A DNA stretch of 62,693 nt, filler included, from Folioceros fuciformis (taxonomy: Eukaryota): NCBI GenBank assembly GCA_049999805.1. It is 4 parts of 3 records of this genome, joined end to end, with 100 filler letters (N's around TTAATTAATTAA, not from the genome) between each part and the next. Parts side by side here need not be neighbours in the genome. Positions count along the whole stretch, not along the records: positions 50,089 to 62,693 come from JBNGIO010006298.1; 3 more parts are not named here. The stretch is one strand, 5' to 3'. The position numbers were made by a program, and so were the translations under genes. The notes beneath the pieces are model-generated. The model was not told where the DNA came from. It ran no database searches and saw only the letters and a list, made by a program, of their open reading frames with translations. Position 1 is the stretch's first letter, and every line of letters starts with the position of its first letter. Shown here in pieces: positions 50,642 through 62,693 of this stretch.

Positions 50642-53600
50642 TTAGATAAACATCATCAGCTCTGGCCTGCTGTAGACGTTGTTAGGATCATCCTCTAAGA
50701 CTGGATAAGCAGCAACTAGGCCATCCTGCGCACCAATATACAGTGAGTTGTAGATCTTCCAGTACACCTCCCGGACCTTGCGCGCTGGATGGAACAGACC
50801 CTGCAGGCAATAGTTAAGAATGACAGCAGGTCCCAATGCCACCCGCATGCCTTCGATAGCTTCCATGACTGCATTAATGACATGAGGAGAGGTCTCAAAA
50901 ATGTTTGGCCACACGTAATTAAGCAGATGGATCAAGGCATCTTCACAACCCAACCCAGCAACGCCCAGCGCCATATGCTTAACAGCAGACGCTGCTGTCT
51001 GTCTATGCACCAGATCTCGGTCCATAAGAGCATCCTCCAAAAGAGGGGTTACTGCATAGATATAATCCTTCCCCATTTCACCGATGTACTCAAACAGAAA
51101 CGATAGAGACTTCAACACTCCATTTTGTACATTCAGCTCAGGCACCCTATACTCATTCATGAGAGCTGGAAGCACAGTGAAGGGTGAGCAGGTCTCTGCA
51201 ACAATGGCTATGGCTACGGTCGTGCAAACACGGTTTTGTCGCTCCTGCACCTTGAGGTTATTTAACAGAGTTGCAAGAACATCCTGAGGACCAATTGCTT
51301 TCGCAATGTACCCAAACGTGTTCACCGTAGCTCGACGAATGCCTTTCTTGTGGGCCTTCAGCATCTCCAAGAGCTCAAAACATATCCTCATCCATTCACG
51401 AGCGGGAACAAACTCTGCACCCCTGTCAGCAATCCGCCCTACAAGATCAATGCAGTTTTCTTGCACCTTCTCATGCCTATTCTTCAGAATCGGCGTTAGA
51501 CGTGGAAGCAAATCCTTAATTGGTGGTGTCATCTTCGTCATACCAATGACGTTCACTATGGCCTTCAACGCACCAAGAATGGACCCCAGCACTTCCGGAT
51601 ACTCCTCTCCAAGATACTCATAGAGAACCACACCTAAGTGACCCATGAGTTGTTCCTCGTGACACTGCTTCATTACCACAGCTATTCGGGCAATAAGGTC
51701 AGCAGCCTGTTGTCGGACTTTGGCACTTTTGTTGTTTAGCCTCCACTTAATGGTACCACAAATTTGAGGCAGGTACGGTTTTACCCGCTGTCCTAGGGCA
51801 TTCACTACTGTTCCAAACCCATTGAGCATCACATTCGCATCGTCACTAGTTTGTTCCTGGAAGGCATACAGGATTCCGTCTATAAGCAGCTCCTCGAGGC
51901 GTGCATCAATGTCTGACGCTCCCAGGTTTGCAACCACTTTCTCAATTGTCTCCATCACCATTCGGCGATAAGGCTCACTCTCATCCTTGAGGTCTTCAAC
52001 CACCCTTCCCACAATGTCAGCAACTCCCACTTTATTTGCTATTTCCACAGTCGTGTCCACAAGCTGTCGATAATTTCGCCTATCGAGAGCCATTCGCCTC
52101 ACCCAAAAATTCCGGAAGAACTCTGGAAGAATCTCTGTTCTAATGTAGTCTGCTTCAACACCCTCGGTACTAACACATTGCTTGACCACCTTCAGCACAA
52201 TTTTTTTCATCTCCTCATCAGGTGACTGGAACTCACGGATTAGGATCACCATAACCTCTTTCGTATAGTAGCTGGCGTACATTGCATCCATAAGTGGAAT
52301 AATGAACCCAATGGCTTTCAAGAACGCTGCCAACACCTTGCCTCGATGTGATCTGATACCTTTCCACAGGGGTTTCAGCACTGAGTCGAAGCTCTCAATA
52401 CCATACGGAGCTGCAGCTTCAGCCAAAGCTGCAAGAGACAAAGCAGTGATTGTCCTCACCTTCTGATTCTCGTCGTTGAGTCCATGTTCTATGATTTCCA
52501 CCAGAGACCTCAAGTGCGGCAAGACTGCACAGCCCATCAAGATAGCAATCTGTTGCACAATCTTAATACCGGTATGCCTTGCCTGCCATGACTTTTTACT
52601 CTGACAAACCGCCTTTAAAAACGGCAAAAGAGCTGGGATACCCAGAGCTGATGCAACCACACTGAAAGCTCGGGCAGTTGTGTTTCTCACGTACTCATCA
52701 ATGTTGTCAATGTCAGGTCTCATTGCAGCAATCATAGTGGCTAAACCTGCAGCCTTACTCAAGTTCGATATGATTTCTCTTCCCTCCACTCGTGCATAGT
52801 AGTCCTCATCTATAAGCAAAGGTTCAATGACCACCAGAACCTTGTGCACAAACGGCCTGACCAGCTCATCCAACTTGTACAGGACCCTGTCAATCACCTT
52901 CACCAAAAGGTGTCGCTCTTGATCTTCCAGGGTGGGAGACATGAGGAGGGGTAGAATCTGGTTGAAAAGGGGGCCTGCACCGAACTCTCTTGCCTTGTCA
53001 GTCAGCTGTCGAAGGGCTGTTTTCCTCTGGGGTGGGGTACCATTCTTCACCTTCAGCAACAACTTCATGATTTTCCTCTCCTTGCTTTCTTCCGGACTCA
53101 TTTCCTCCTCCTCCTTTTCATTTAACAGAGCCCCAAAATACTGATAATCTTCGGGTTTCATGAAAGGCAGCCCCCCAGGGGCCTCCTTCGGTACATCAAA
53201 ATGCTGACCCCGGTCTTCTTCTGGAATAGCATACAAGGGTGTGCCACCCAAAGGAGTTGGCGTCGCCAGGAGCTTTCGAGCAGGCGTTCTTATTGGTACA
53301 TAGGATGCGGGGGGTTCCAGAACTCGGTATCCGTCCATGGGGAACATGGCATCCAGCTCCTCGTCTGACAAGGGCCTGTTCCGCTCTTCGATATCTTTCT
53401 CCCATCGCAACATGTTATATTGCTCCGGAGTCATAGGCCCTCTTAGGGCGGCAATCTGAGTTGGCGTAGGTGTTGCCAGCTCAATCCCTCCAACCGGAGT
53501 CACCCCAGGTGTGAAAGCTGCAGGTGTTGCTCCCAGCATGGGAGTGGCGCTCCCCATAGTCGCAGGAGTTTCATCCCAACGAGACCGCTGCTTTTTGGGA

Positions 53601-54487
53601 GTTGGAGTAGCCAAGCCCCCCACTTTGGGTGTGGCGTCCCAGGTCATCCCGGCCGGAGTCGCACCTGGGGTCACTGCTCCTGCAGGGGTGGCATCAGCGT
53701 CAGCCAATCGGCCAGGCGTGGGGGTCTCATCCCATCGATTTCTTCTAGAAATACTGGGAGTAGATTCAACACCCGCACGTCCAGCAGTCGGTGTCGCGTC
53801 CCACCTGCTAGGGCCGGGAGTAGCGTCAGGAGCATCCCATTCCGATGTCTTCGCTTTTTTCGCATCCTCCTGCTCAGTGGACAGATCCCACCTGTTCCTG
53901 CGCTTGCCAGCAGCCTGGGCTGCTGCAGCCGCTGCGGCTGCAGCGGCCGCGCTAGATCCTTGCTGAGCTTTGGTAGGGGCACTAGACTCCTCTTTGGCCC
54001 TTTTCTCCAACTCATCTTGCTTCTTCTTCGCTATGAGCTTCAAAGTTTCCTCCTTCTGCCGCTTCAATGCTTCCTCCTGCATAACATCCGCATACGTTCT
54101 AACAGCAGGATCAGGAGTCTTATCTCCCATAGCGAAAGCATCATTCCTGTCAGGAGAAATGATCCTGTCCAACCTCCTCCTCCGATACTCATCTTCCCTG
54201 TCAATAATCTTCCGCGACTTCACAACGTCATCCTCTGCGACTTCACCCCTCGGAATATCCTGCAACACAGACTTCGGGGCTGTGTAAGAGGCCCGCTTCC
54301 TAGAATTGATATCCAGCTGATTCACATCCGTATCCTCATCCTCCTCGTTCACAGGAATGGACTGCTCGTAGCCCTCAAACCGGTTTCCAGCACCGTAGAG
54401 GTCCTTATCAAAGCTCACTGAAGTGAGGGCGGCACTGGCCTTCCGTCGCTCCTCCTGAACCCGGGCAATCTCACTCTCCACCTCCAT
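50642..54487 (-). CDS. SF3B1: Splicing factor 3B subunit 1 (SF3b155), intronless CDS, ~1281 aa
   Basis: RWD/RWDETP motifs, TP repeats, [11 protein letters not shown] and HEAT region ([26 protein letters not shown]). ATG 54487 follows a probable 5'-UTR intron acceptor at 54494. Confidence 0.98.
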   Translation of the reverse strand: MEVESEIARVQEERRKASAALTSVSFDKDLYGAGNRFEGYEQSIPVNEEDEDTDVNQLDINSRKRASYTAPKSVLQDIPRGEVAEDDVVKSRKIIDREDEYRRRRLDRIISPDRNDAFAMGDKTPDPAVRTYADVMQEEALKRQKEETLKLIAKKKQDELEKRAKEESSAPTKAQQGSSAAAAAAAAAAAQAAGKRRNRWDLSTEQEDAKKAKTSEWDAPDATPGPSRWDATPTAGRAGVESTPSISRRNRWDETPTPGRLADADATPAGAVTPGATPAGMTWDATPKVGGLATPTPKKQRSRWDETPATMGSATPMLGATPAAFTPGVTPVGGIELATPTPTQIAALRGPMTPEQYNMLRWEKDIEERNRPLSDEELDAMFPMDGYRVLEPPASYVPIRTPARKLLATPTPLGGTPLYAIPEEDRGQHFDVPKEAPGGLPFMKPEDYQYFGALLNEKEEEEMSPEESKERKIMKLLLKVKNGTPPQRKTALRQLTDKAREFGAGPLFNQILPLLMSPTLEDQERHLLVKVIDRVLYKLDELVRPFVHKVLVVIEPLLIDEDYYARVEGREIISNLSKAAGLATMIAAMRPDIDNIDEYVRNTTARAFSVVASALGIPALLPFLKAVCQSKKSWQARHTGIKIVQQIAILMGCAVLPHLRSLVEIIEHGLNDENQKVRTITALSLAALAEAAAPYGIESFDSVLKPLWKGIRSHRGKVLAAFLKAIGFIIPLMDAMYASYYTKEVMVILIREFQSPDEEMKKIVLKVVKQCVSTEGVEADYIRTEILPEFFRNFWVRRMALDRRNYRQLVDTTVEIANKVGVADIVGRVVEDLKDESEPYRRMVMETIEKVVANLGASDIDARLEELLIDGILYAFQEQTSDDANVMLNGFGTVVNALGQRVKPYLPQICGTIKWRLNNKSAKVRQQAADLIARIAVVMKQCHEEQLMGHLGVVLYEYLGEEYPEVLGSILGALKAIVNVIGMTKMTPPIKDLLPRLTPILKNRHEKVQENCIDLVGRIADRGAEFVPAREWMRICFELLEMLKAHKKGIRRATVNTFGYIAKAIGPQDVLATLLNNLKVQERQNRVCTTVAIAIVAETCSPFTVLPALMNEYRVPELNVQNGVLKSLSFLFEYIGEMGKDYIYAVTPLLEDALMDRDLVHRQTAASAVKHMALGVAGLGCEDALIHLLNYVWPNIFETSPHVINAVMEAIEGMRVALGPAVILNYCLQGLFHPARKVREVYWKIYNSLYIGAQDGLVAAYPVLEDDPNNVYSRPELMMFI

Positions 54488-55832
54488 GGCCACCTACAAA
54501 TCGAACACACCACGCCGTTGATTAACCACCCAAACTCCGTGGAATTTCGTTGTTTCGTGTATCTTGCACACCCACCGACAAGAAAGGCGGCGTCCCGCAG
54601 CCAGCCACCTCCAGAACCAAATAGCAGAGAATACGGACAAACCTAAAGGAACCAACGCGCCGACATGCCCCAGCAATGTAACCTAAAGGCCACAGAGTTT
54701 ACCAGAAGTTAGCACCGAGGCAGGCAGACAACGCTCCGTCGGGACCACGATCGAGGAGAGCTTTCCTGCCGTCACTGAATGATCTCTCGGGTTCTAAAGG
54801 TCTCGCCCTCTCCTGCCACGCCCTGTCCCGGAGTTGAAAGCCGTGTTATCCAAGGCAGCTTTTTATATTAACCCTCGATGGACCCAAAGAATCCTTTTGA
54901 GACTTCGCTTATTTTCAGAGTTAGATATTTTTAACGCTTATTACGTTTCCCCATTGCATGGAAAAATGAAAGAATTGTAAGCGGAGAAGGCTCCTTGAAC
55001 CCGGCTCTCATGCTGCAGCTCGGAAGGCATCGGAATACAGAACAGTTGAGACTTTGCGTTTATTTCTCCCATTGTTGCTCTTCAAGTTTCTCATGTACCT
55101 TGACGGGCCTCCGTCCAAGTCTTGGCAATGGTTGCACAAGTAGGCTAATCATCTCTTGGCATCCCTTGGAGCCCCTACCACAAGATTCTCACGAAGAACC
55201 GTCATAGGCATTTTTTCCTTTTCTTCCTGATGAGTCCACACTCCAAGGGAGGTTTTTTTTGTCATCGTCAAAGTCACCTCTCGCCTCCGCCAATTACGGG
55301 CAGGGACTAGGCGTTCTTGCAAGGGAGGCATGTTCAGGTTGGCTTGTGCTGAGGAGGATAATTTTTACTTAGACCTTGCCAAGGCACATCTTAAGGAGTG
55401 TTTTTTGGGTGAAAAAAATATTAGATTAAGCCAACCTCAATCTAAGAAGGAGATTACAAAGAGTAGATTTCAAAAACCTTCAAAGAGACATCAGGCTGCA
55501 TGTGGCATTCCAAGGGGGAGACAACAATATGTTGGCAACCAGCAAATGGAGACTAGAATATTGTTGTCTGCTAGGGTGTCTTTTGTTGGAATAGGTTGGA
55601 GAAGGTTCTTGTGCAGCTCAAGCTCTTTGCTCCCAATTGGTGGCACTGGAGGAGACTATTGCAGCCCTTCATGTTCTTCATTCTAATTTGTGATACCCTA
55701 TTTTGCAAGACAATATGAACTACATTCTTGAGAAGCCTAACTAGGGTGGCCTTTACCTAGGTGCTTTCCACCGATCTTTGTCTTTCTTTAGGTAGTCTTT
55801 CAAGTGTGGTCAATGACCATCTTTGCAAACAC

Positions 55833-58800
55833 TTTTTTTTTTTTTTATGAAGAGTTGAGCCCTTTCAAAATCAAATGATAAGTACAGAGGGCCCTTAGGG
55901 GTCCCATCAGGACCCTACGAGGGAATAGACCGTGACGTGGACCCCATCTAGCGACCATGGAGGGTGCATGCGTGCCCATGATCAACTCTAGAATCCCTAG
56001 GTTTCCAGATCTGACCAGGCCGGCACAAAACCCAGAGGATCAGATAAAGCTATGAATTCATCTCGGTCGCTACCCTACTCACTTTGGTCACCAAACTCGA
56101 CCAAGGCCTTGTGCTTGCCCGCCATGGCCATCCCACCCCCATTCCACCGGGCAGGCGGTTTCAGAACTTGCAATTGTAGGACCAAGAAGGAGGTTGGTCA
56201 CTGGAGAGGAAACCTCCCTTTCTCCAAGCATCAGGCTTGAAGGTCCTTTTGCTGGTGCGCTGGAGGGCTAAGGCGCTGTGGATCATGGTTTCCCATATGC
56301 TGCAGAGGAGAGCGTTGGTGTGTCTTGGTTCTTGTCCTCCGAAGGTCACAGAAGACCAGTGCACCCACAGGTGATGAATGGTGGACGGCCAAAGGATCGG
56401 CCACCACAGAAAAGCGCAGAGGGGGCGCCCGGAAGACGTGATCAGGCCGAACAGCACTGTATGTTCTAGGATCCTAACTTGCAGTCTGTGAAGAACTCTT
56501 CGTGACCACGCCTCTCGTCACTTCCACACTAACTTGGCTGAGCTACATCTGAAGAACATGTGCTCGCTTTTGTTCTCCTGACCTTGGGAACATAGGGTGC
56601 AGTGAGGATAACCAGTGGCTTCGAAGAGGCCGTTCCACCGATCTGCATTTGGTAGGGCCGCTTGGAACATCTTCCAAACAGTGAAGCGCATTCGTTCCGG
56701 AGTTCCCTTGCTGTCCCACAGAAGGCGGATTGTCCTGTATTGCATTTTTCCTGGCAGGTGAAGCCTTGCGGCTATGGGGCTCCGGCCTTTGGGACACGAT
56801 TGTTCCACTAGCAGCTTGTAGAGGAGGGTGGTGGATACGTTGAGAAGCGATTTGGCGGGGTCACCCGGACGATCAAGCTTGGCTGGCCATCTCCAGCAGC
56901 TGGTTGAGAACTGCAACTCATGTGTCCGGCACTGTCCCCACCACACGGTGTCCCCTTCCCAACACGAGGGGGAGCATAGGATCTCGTCCTGCATCTGCCA
57001 ACATCTGCCATTCGCAGAGCCAAAGAGAACTGTGACAAGGGAGACAAGGAACTCCCTGATGTCTTGCCTCTATGCAACCAGCCTGAGGTCTCCCAAGCTC
57101 AACTTGATCCAAAATTCAGCCGCTTGCTCCAACTCTAGACTCGAAGGCCCTAACTGAAAAATTGACGTACTGTTGAGCAGGGATCTGGGAAGTCTAGAGG
57201 GTGCTTCCACCATAACAAAAACCCCCGCTTGTATGGGGGCCGCTTGAGATATCACTTCTCTTAGCCTAGCCAGCAAATCCTTGCGTATAGTGTCTAGGAT
57301 GACTCTCGCACAGGTTGCAGAGATTCCGAATTGCATTTGGAGTTGGAAGGGAGATTTCCATGACTCCTGTTCCCAGTCCCAAACGTCCCGCATGAACACT
57401 ATGCCCCTCAGCGTTGGGACCTTCTGATCTTGCGTGCTTGCTCCGGTGACCACATGTAGGGTAGACCCTACAAAGGTAATGCTAGAGCTTTTGAACGTTT
57501 ATTTGGGGGTTGCCAGTTGGCCATAGCGAGAGCCTTGTGGAAACTACTCCAAATGGAGTGCCATAGCGGCGACCCTTCCCCTTGAGCGAACCGGACGTGG
57601 TCCGCAAGAACATGCACTACGCCCCGTTGAAACGTCTTGCTAAGTTGGGCGCTATGGAGTCTAGCAGTGAAGAAGTTCTTCCATGGGAAATCCAGAGGAC
57701 CCATAGCTTTGAGCACCCACTGCACGTGAAGAGTCTGGGTCTTAAGGACTGGGTCGACTAAGGCTAGGCCACCTTGAAGTTTGGGTTGAGTCAAGAGATC
57801 CCAGGCTACTTTTTGGCAGTTGCCTTCCCCTCCACTCGCCTACTCCATAAGAACTGTCTGATGGTTTGTTTCAACCTGGCGATGTCCTAAACCCTAAACC
57901 TCGAGACAGGGACCAAACGAATAAGAAATACCACAGCATTGCTGTCAGGATGTAGTTTATGGCAACTACCTTGGCCACCGTGGAGAGCTATAATATTTGG
58001 AGGGCTTGAGCTTTCCTAATGAACCCTGAAACAATATATTTCCTGATTTCCCCATCCTCCTTCCCTCTCCTATAGAGGGATACCAAGGTATTTGTGGAAC
58101 TGGTTTCCACAGATGTGCTCGATATGGATCACCAGTACAGGGATTCTGTCACTGTGTTTAGGCATATCATCTTCGTTTTGGCCTAGTTAACTTTACACCC
58201 CAATAATACGCCAAACTCCTCAATGACCTGCATCATGGCTTGCAACGATCTTTCATCAGCCCTGGAAAACAGCATGGTGTCGTAAGCCAAACAAGAGATC
58301 CTGCATTCTTTGCCCAGTGGATCTTTGATGCCTTCTACTTCAGGGTGCAAGTTGATTCTCCATATGAGTAAATCAGTAAGGATGGAGAAAAGAGCTGGGG
58401 CTAGAGGGCATCCCTGCCTCACAGATCGGGTGATGGGGAAGCGCTTCAAGATTTCACCATTCACCGCCACTTTGGCACCAACATCTTCGGTCATAATAAC
58501 CACCCAGCGATAGAAGTTCTCCCCGAACCCGAAGTGCTTGAGGGTTTTCCAGAGAAAGTTCCATTCAATAGAGTCATACCTTTTGAAAGTCGAGGAATAT
58601 AATGACCGCTGGCATCTTGGAGTGTCGGATCCACCACTTGGCCTCCCTGACGAGAAGAAGATTGTCAAGTATGCACCGTTTCTAGATAAATCCCCACTAT
58701 TCTGGCTCAATCCAGTCATGAAGCATATGTGAGATGCGATTAGAGAGGACCTTAGCAAGCAATTTGTACAGTGTGTTGAGAAGATTGATCGAATGCTAGT

Positions 58801-60020
58801 TGAGAATAGACTCTGAAGCCTGCACCTTAGGTAATAAGGTGATGAGACTTTCGTTGACAAATGGTCCCATGGAGCCCCTTTCCCAGATGTCCCCTACCGC
58901 AGCTTGCGGTGGGCTTTCCATGAATCTCCAGCCCCATACATAGAATTCCTTGGGAATTCCATCTAGTCCTGGGGATTTACCTGGCGGCATGTCCAGCAGA
59001 GCCCGGTGAAGCTCTTCCACGCTGAGAGGGCTTTCCAGCTCACGACTTTGGACTCCGGAGATTTTCCTCATGTAGCTCCCATAGGAGCGACTCCACCTAT
59101 CATCCCAGCCGTCGGGGGAGGCTTGGGAGGAGAAAAAATCCTTGAAGTGTCCAGCAATGAACTGTCTTAACAGTCATGGATTAGAGATTTTGTTGCCCTA
59201 TGCATCCGGGAGAGGGGGGATGGTGGTTTTCCTACGGTTTTGGTGTAGCATGTGGAAGAAGAAACGTCTCGGCAGATCACCTTCCGCTGCCCACTTCACC
59301 TTGGCGCGTTCGTACCAGCCTTGAGCTTTTTGTTCCTCAAACGAATCCACCACGAAGAGAGCGTCTTGCAGCTCTTGGAATTCTTCTGGGGAGAGCTGTT
59401 GAGTTTCAGCCCGTCTTTGAAAGGAACCAAGTACCTCCCTAATCTCTTGTTCTTGGTGTCTTTCCTCCTACTTGACCTTGGTTCCTAGGCTGCAGAGGTA
59501 CCGAGATGATTCCCTGCACGCTTTGAGAAACTTGTCTAATGGATCGTATCTGGGATCAATGAAGAAATTGGTGAAGATATCCTTGATGTCTTCAAACACC
59601 TCCGGACGTTTGAGCAAAGAGGTATTCATCCTGAAGAACTTCCCTGCAAAGCCAATAGGGGTGTTACCTGATTCCGAACAGCAGAAGCTCAGCAGGGCCG
59701 GGGCATGATCCGATAGCGTGGTACCAAGAATGATGGCAAAGGTTTGCACATGGGCAAATAGAGAGGACTGGATATAGATATGGTCCTGTCTCCTCAAGAT
59801 GGGGCTGCTCTGTTGGTTTGACCAGCTAAATGCAAGAGAGCCTGGGTGCCGCAGAGCCGGAATAGTTCTCCAAGGATCCTCCTCATTTAGGTGCAAGTCC
59901 TTGAGTTCAGTCCATCTTTTGCATGTGTGAAGTTGACCTGCTGAGTTGCCACCCCTGCGATCCTCAGGGCTCTCCACAAAATTAAAATCCCCTGCCACCA
60001 GCCAGCTAATAGCAAGATTA
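55833..60020 (-). mobile_element. Degenerate L1-type LINE (ORF2 and poly-A tail), 5' interrupted
   Basis: APE endonuclease (VAGDFN, SDHAP), RT (KSPGLDG, RQGCPLAPALF, AYDT at the YADD position), GGLAL and zinc finger CTLC..EHMFFRC. T14 at 55833-55846 is the poly-A tail. Confidence 0.93.
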
Positions 60021-62693
60021 TAAACGATCTGGATAGAACGGAGACGGCGAGAGCAAAACAAAAAAAGATTGAATTAATTAACAACAAGGGTCTCAGATGT
60101 CTTTTATATCTAAACCTAATCACGAAGGGTCAAATGTTCAATGATCACATACGGTCTATAAACAATAACCTAAGCAAGTATCGGTTAACCAATATGTACG
60201 TATGCGTATATATTCTAATACTCCCTCTTAAGCTTCACAAGGGTTTAGGGTGCATTCACAAGGTCGGGAACTCGGTATGCGCCACCCACTAAACTCGAGA
60301 GCAAACATGCCAGAGCCCTTAAGATGGCGGTCGGCCTTCCCGTCTCCACCCTGATTGCCATCATCCAGCTCCTACTGTGCACCGTCATGTCAACAGCAAG
60401 CGAGATGAGTAGCCTGCAAGCCGAATCTGCGACGAAGGCCAAGGGGAAGAGACCTGCTCTTCAGAGGACATTGCCACCACCAACTAGGAAGAGCCCTAGA
60501 TTGCACAAAGGCGTCCCTTCCGACGACTGGGATGAGAGTCACACTGTTGGGCAATCCATAAAGCTTCGAGGGTACGCAGTCAGTATGGAGGGCCGACTGC
60601 GCTGGAGAAAAAATAATTGAGGAGGCTGCAGAGCTGCCTCCGACTCGGGACAAACTTGGAGAGGAGATGAGCTTGGTTGGTCAGCTTCAGGCAATGGCAG
60701 CGCTGCTGACTCAGATCAAAGAGTCCTCAGAAGTTGCGGCTGAGTGCAGGGCGATTAAATTCACATGAGGCTTCATCCGCCCTACTTAGCCTTTGATTCC
60801 TATGCTCCCTCACATACTGACAGTCTGTCAAAACATGTGCCTGTGGATCTGTGTAGGAAGTAAGGGCCTGGCAGTGCTAGAGGCTGGTGACAGCTACGTC
60901 AAGCTATAGGAGCATCAATCACCAATCAAAAAGCATAGGCCCCCACCCCCACACACCCACCAGATACATATTGTGCACTCTATTTTGCATCCTTGAGCAT
61001 GTAACCTATTAGGTCGCAGAGTCCAAGTCCCTCCATATGCTGATAATGTCTCTATTTGAGCAGAGCCTTAGTCAACACATCTGCTGTGTTCTCATCTGTG
61101 TGGACATAATCGACTTTCACAAGAGCACGCTCCACCACATCTCTGATATACTGGTGTTGTATCTCTATGTGTTTAGTTCGGGCGTGAAACCTAGGGTTTG
61201 CAACAAGAGCCAGGGCTGACATATTATCGTACAAAAGAGGAGTTGGCCTCATCTGCTACTGGCCCAAGTCTGCAAGGAAAGTCCTTTCCCACTCTGCCTC
61301 TTTTGAGGCATAATTCAAGCTCTTGTATTCTGCTTTTGTGGACGAGAGGGCGATATAGGCTTGCTTTTTACAACTCCAATTGATGGCTGCATTCACAAGA
61401 AGGAAACAATATGTCGAAAGGCTTTTCCTGCTATCACAGTCAGATGCCCAATCGCCATCAGTGAATCCCTTTAAGGTAAGCTGTTCTTGTCCACTGCTTT
61501 TATAGCATACTCCATAACATTGGGTGCCCTTAAGGTAACGGAACACTCTTTTGGTAGCTACCCAATGCGCGCTACCAGGGTTTTCTAGGAATTGGGAGAG
61601 TGTGCTCACATAATACTGAATATCCGAACGAGTCCAGTTACCTACAAAGATAAGGCTTCCTATTGCATGTCTGTAGGGCACATCTGCCATTTCCCTTTTC
61701 TCTACCTCAGATTGTGGACATTGCAGGCTTGTGAGTTTAACTCCCATGGCTGAGGGTGTAGTTGCTGGTCGTGCTTGGTCTAGCTTGAACTTAGTCAAGA
61801 TATCCTGGATGTATTGGTACTGGTGTATCATTAGAAGCCCCTCAGATCTCACACGAAGTAGCTGGATACCTAGGCAAAATTTCAGTTCTCATATATCCTT
61901 CATTTCGTATTTGTTGCTCAACATGGATTTCACTTCTTNNNNNNNNNNTATATCCTTCATTTCGTATTTGTTGCTCAACATGGATTTCACTTCTTCTAAC
62001 AGTTGTGTGTGCTGCTGGCAGCTAGTATCACGTCATTGACATAGAGGGCAAGCATGACATATTCCTTGCCTCTTGTGAGCTTGTAAACATTGCTGTCGGC
62101 TGCACTCTATTTGAATGATATGCTAAGGAGGTAAACGTGGATGTTCAAGTACCAGACTCGGCCACTTTGCTTCAAACCATAGATGGTCTTCAACAGTTTG
62201 CACACCTTCTTGGGATGAAACCCATCTCTTGTAAGTGGGTATGAATACCCACTTACAAGAGATGGGTTTCTTGTCAGGCGGCAAGTGCACCAATTTCCAG
62301 GTATGGTTTTTGACGAGGTTGTTGAACTCGTCATCAATCGGAAATTTCCATTTGTCTTTTTCAAGGCTTAAAAAAGCCTCTTTTAGCGATTTAGGTTCCA
62401 CGTCAATTGTGGTTGATGCAGCATGTACAGCTTCAGCATAAGATGTGCGGAAATCGATGGACTGGTATCTAGGCTCCTTCCATTCTTCAGGAGGTGGCCT
62501 GTGCCTACTGGAATGTCTTGGAGGAGGGTCATCCGGCGGTAGGGGTTCTTCCTCAATTTCTGGTCCAGCATCCAGCTCATCAAGAGCATCAGGTAACCCT
62601 CCTAGATCATCAACCCGTGCTGCATCTTCCTGGAAATTCTGATCACGAAAGTTGTCCTCATTGCTAGGAACGTTTACAACATCATCTACATAG
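60019..62693 (-). mobile_element. Ty1/Copia 3' half: RT, RNase H, ~0.8-kb spacer, PPT and short 3' LTR
   Basis: EPKSLKEA, YGLKQSGR, HWVATKRVFRYLKGT, KAEY, RTKHIEI and ADVLTK. PPT AAGAGGGAG at 60229-60221, then LTR starting TATTAGAAT, abutting the LINE endonuclease. Confidence 0.92.

Noticed and set aside
55880-55990. Hammerhead ribozyme in the LINE 3' UTR
   Set aside because: CTGATG lies inside a simple GGGTCC/GGACCC hairpin; no CTGATGA..GAAA core with three stems.
61892-61996. Tandem duplication inside the Copia RT
   Set aside because: Identical sequence on both sides of a 10-N gap indicates an unmerged contig overlap.

Overview
Eukaryotic nuclear DNA from a land plant. Short GT-AG introns, a PLS-E PPR remnant and multi-domain adenylate kinases suggest a non-seed plant such as a lycophyte or fern (inference only). 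Gene islands alternate with decayed Copia, Gypsy and LINE debris. Genes I could splice by hand: LEA_2/NHL-like (+), CCT4 (-), a Raf1-like protein with only the N-terminal/alpha part and a duplicated last exon (+), KAB1 (+), a 5'-truncated LCM-family methyltransferase (+), the DEAD-box helicase RH36/DBP8 (-), an intronless receptor-like cytoplasmic kinase (-), two tandem two-domain adenylate/UMP-CMP kinase units (-), a DUF247 gene with a large unexplained insert (-) and SF3B1 (-). Pseudogenes: a PPR and an Old Yellow Enzyme that does not look like a plant OPR. The best candidates for new biology are the beta-domain-less Raf1, the duplicated (AK-AK)x2 locus with one degenerate copy, the DUF247 insert and an antisense ORF inside a Copia element. 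Three artificial TTAATTAATTAA linkers mean adjacency across them is unverified. Gene models rest on manual translation and motif recall; no database searches were run.
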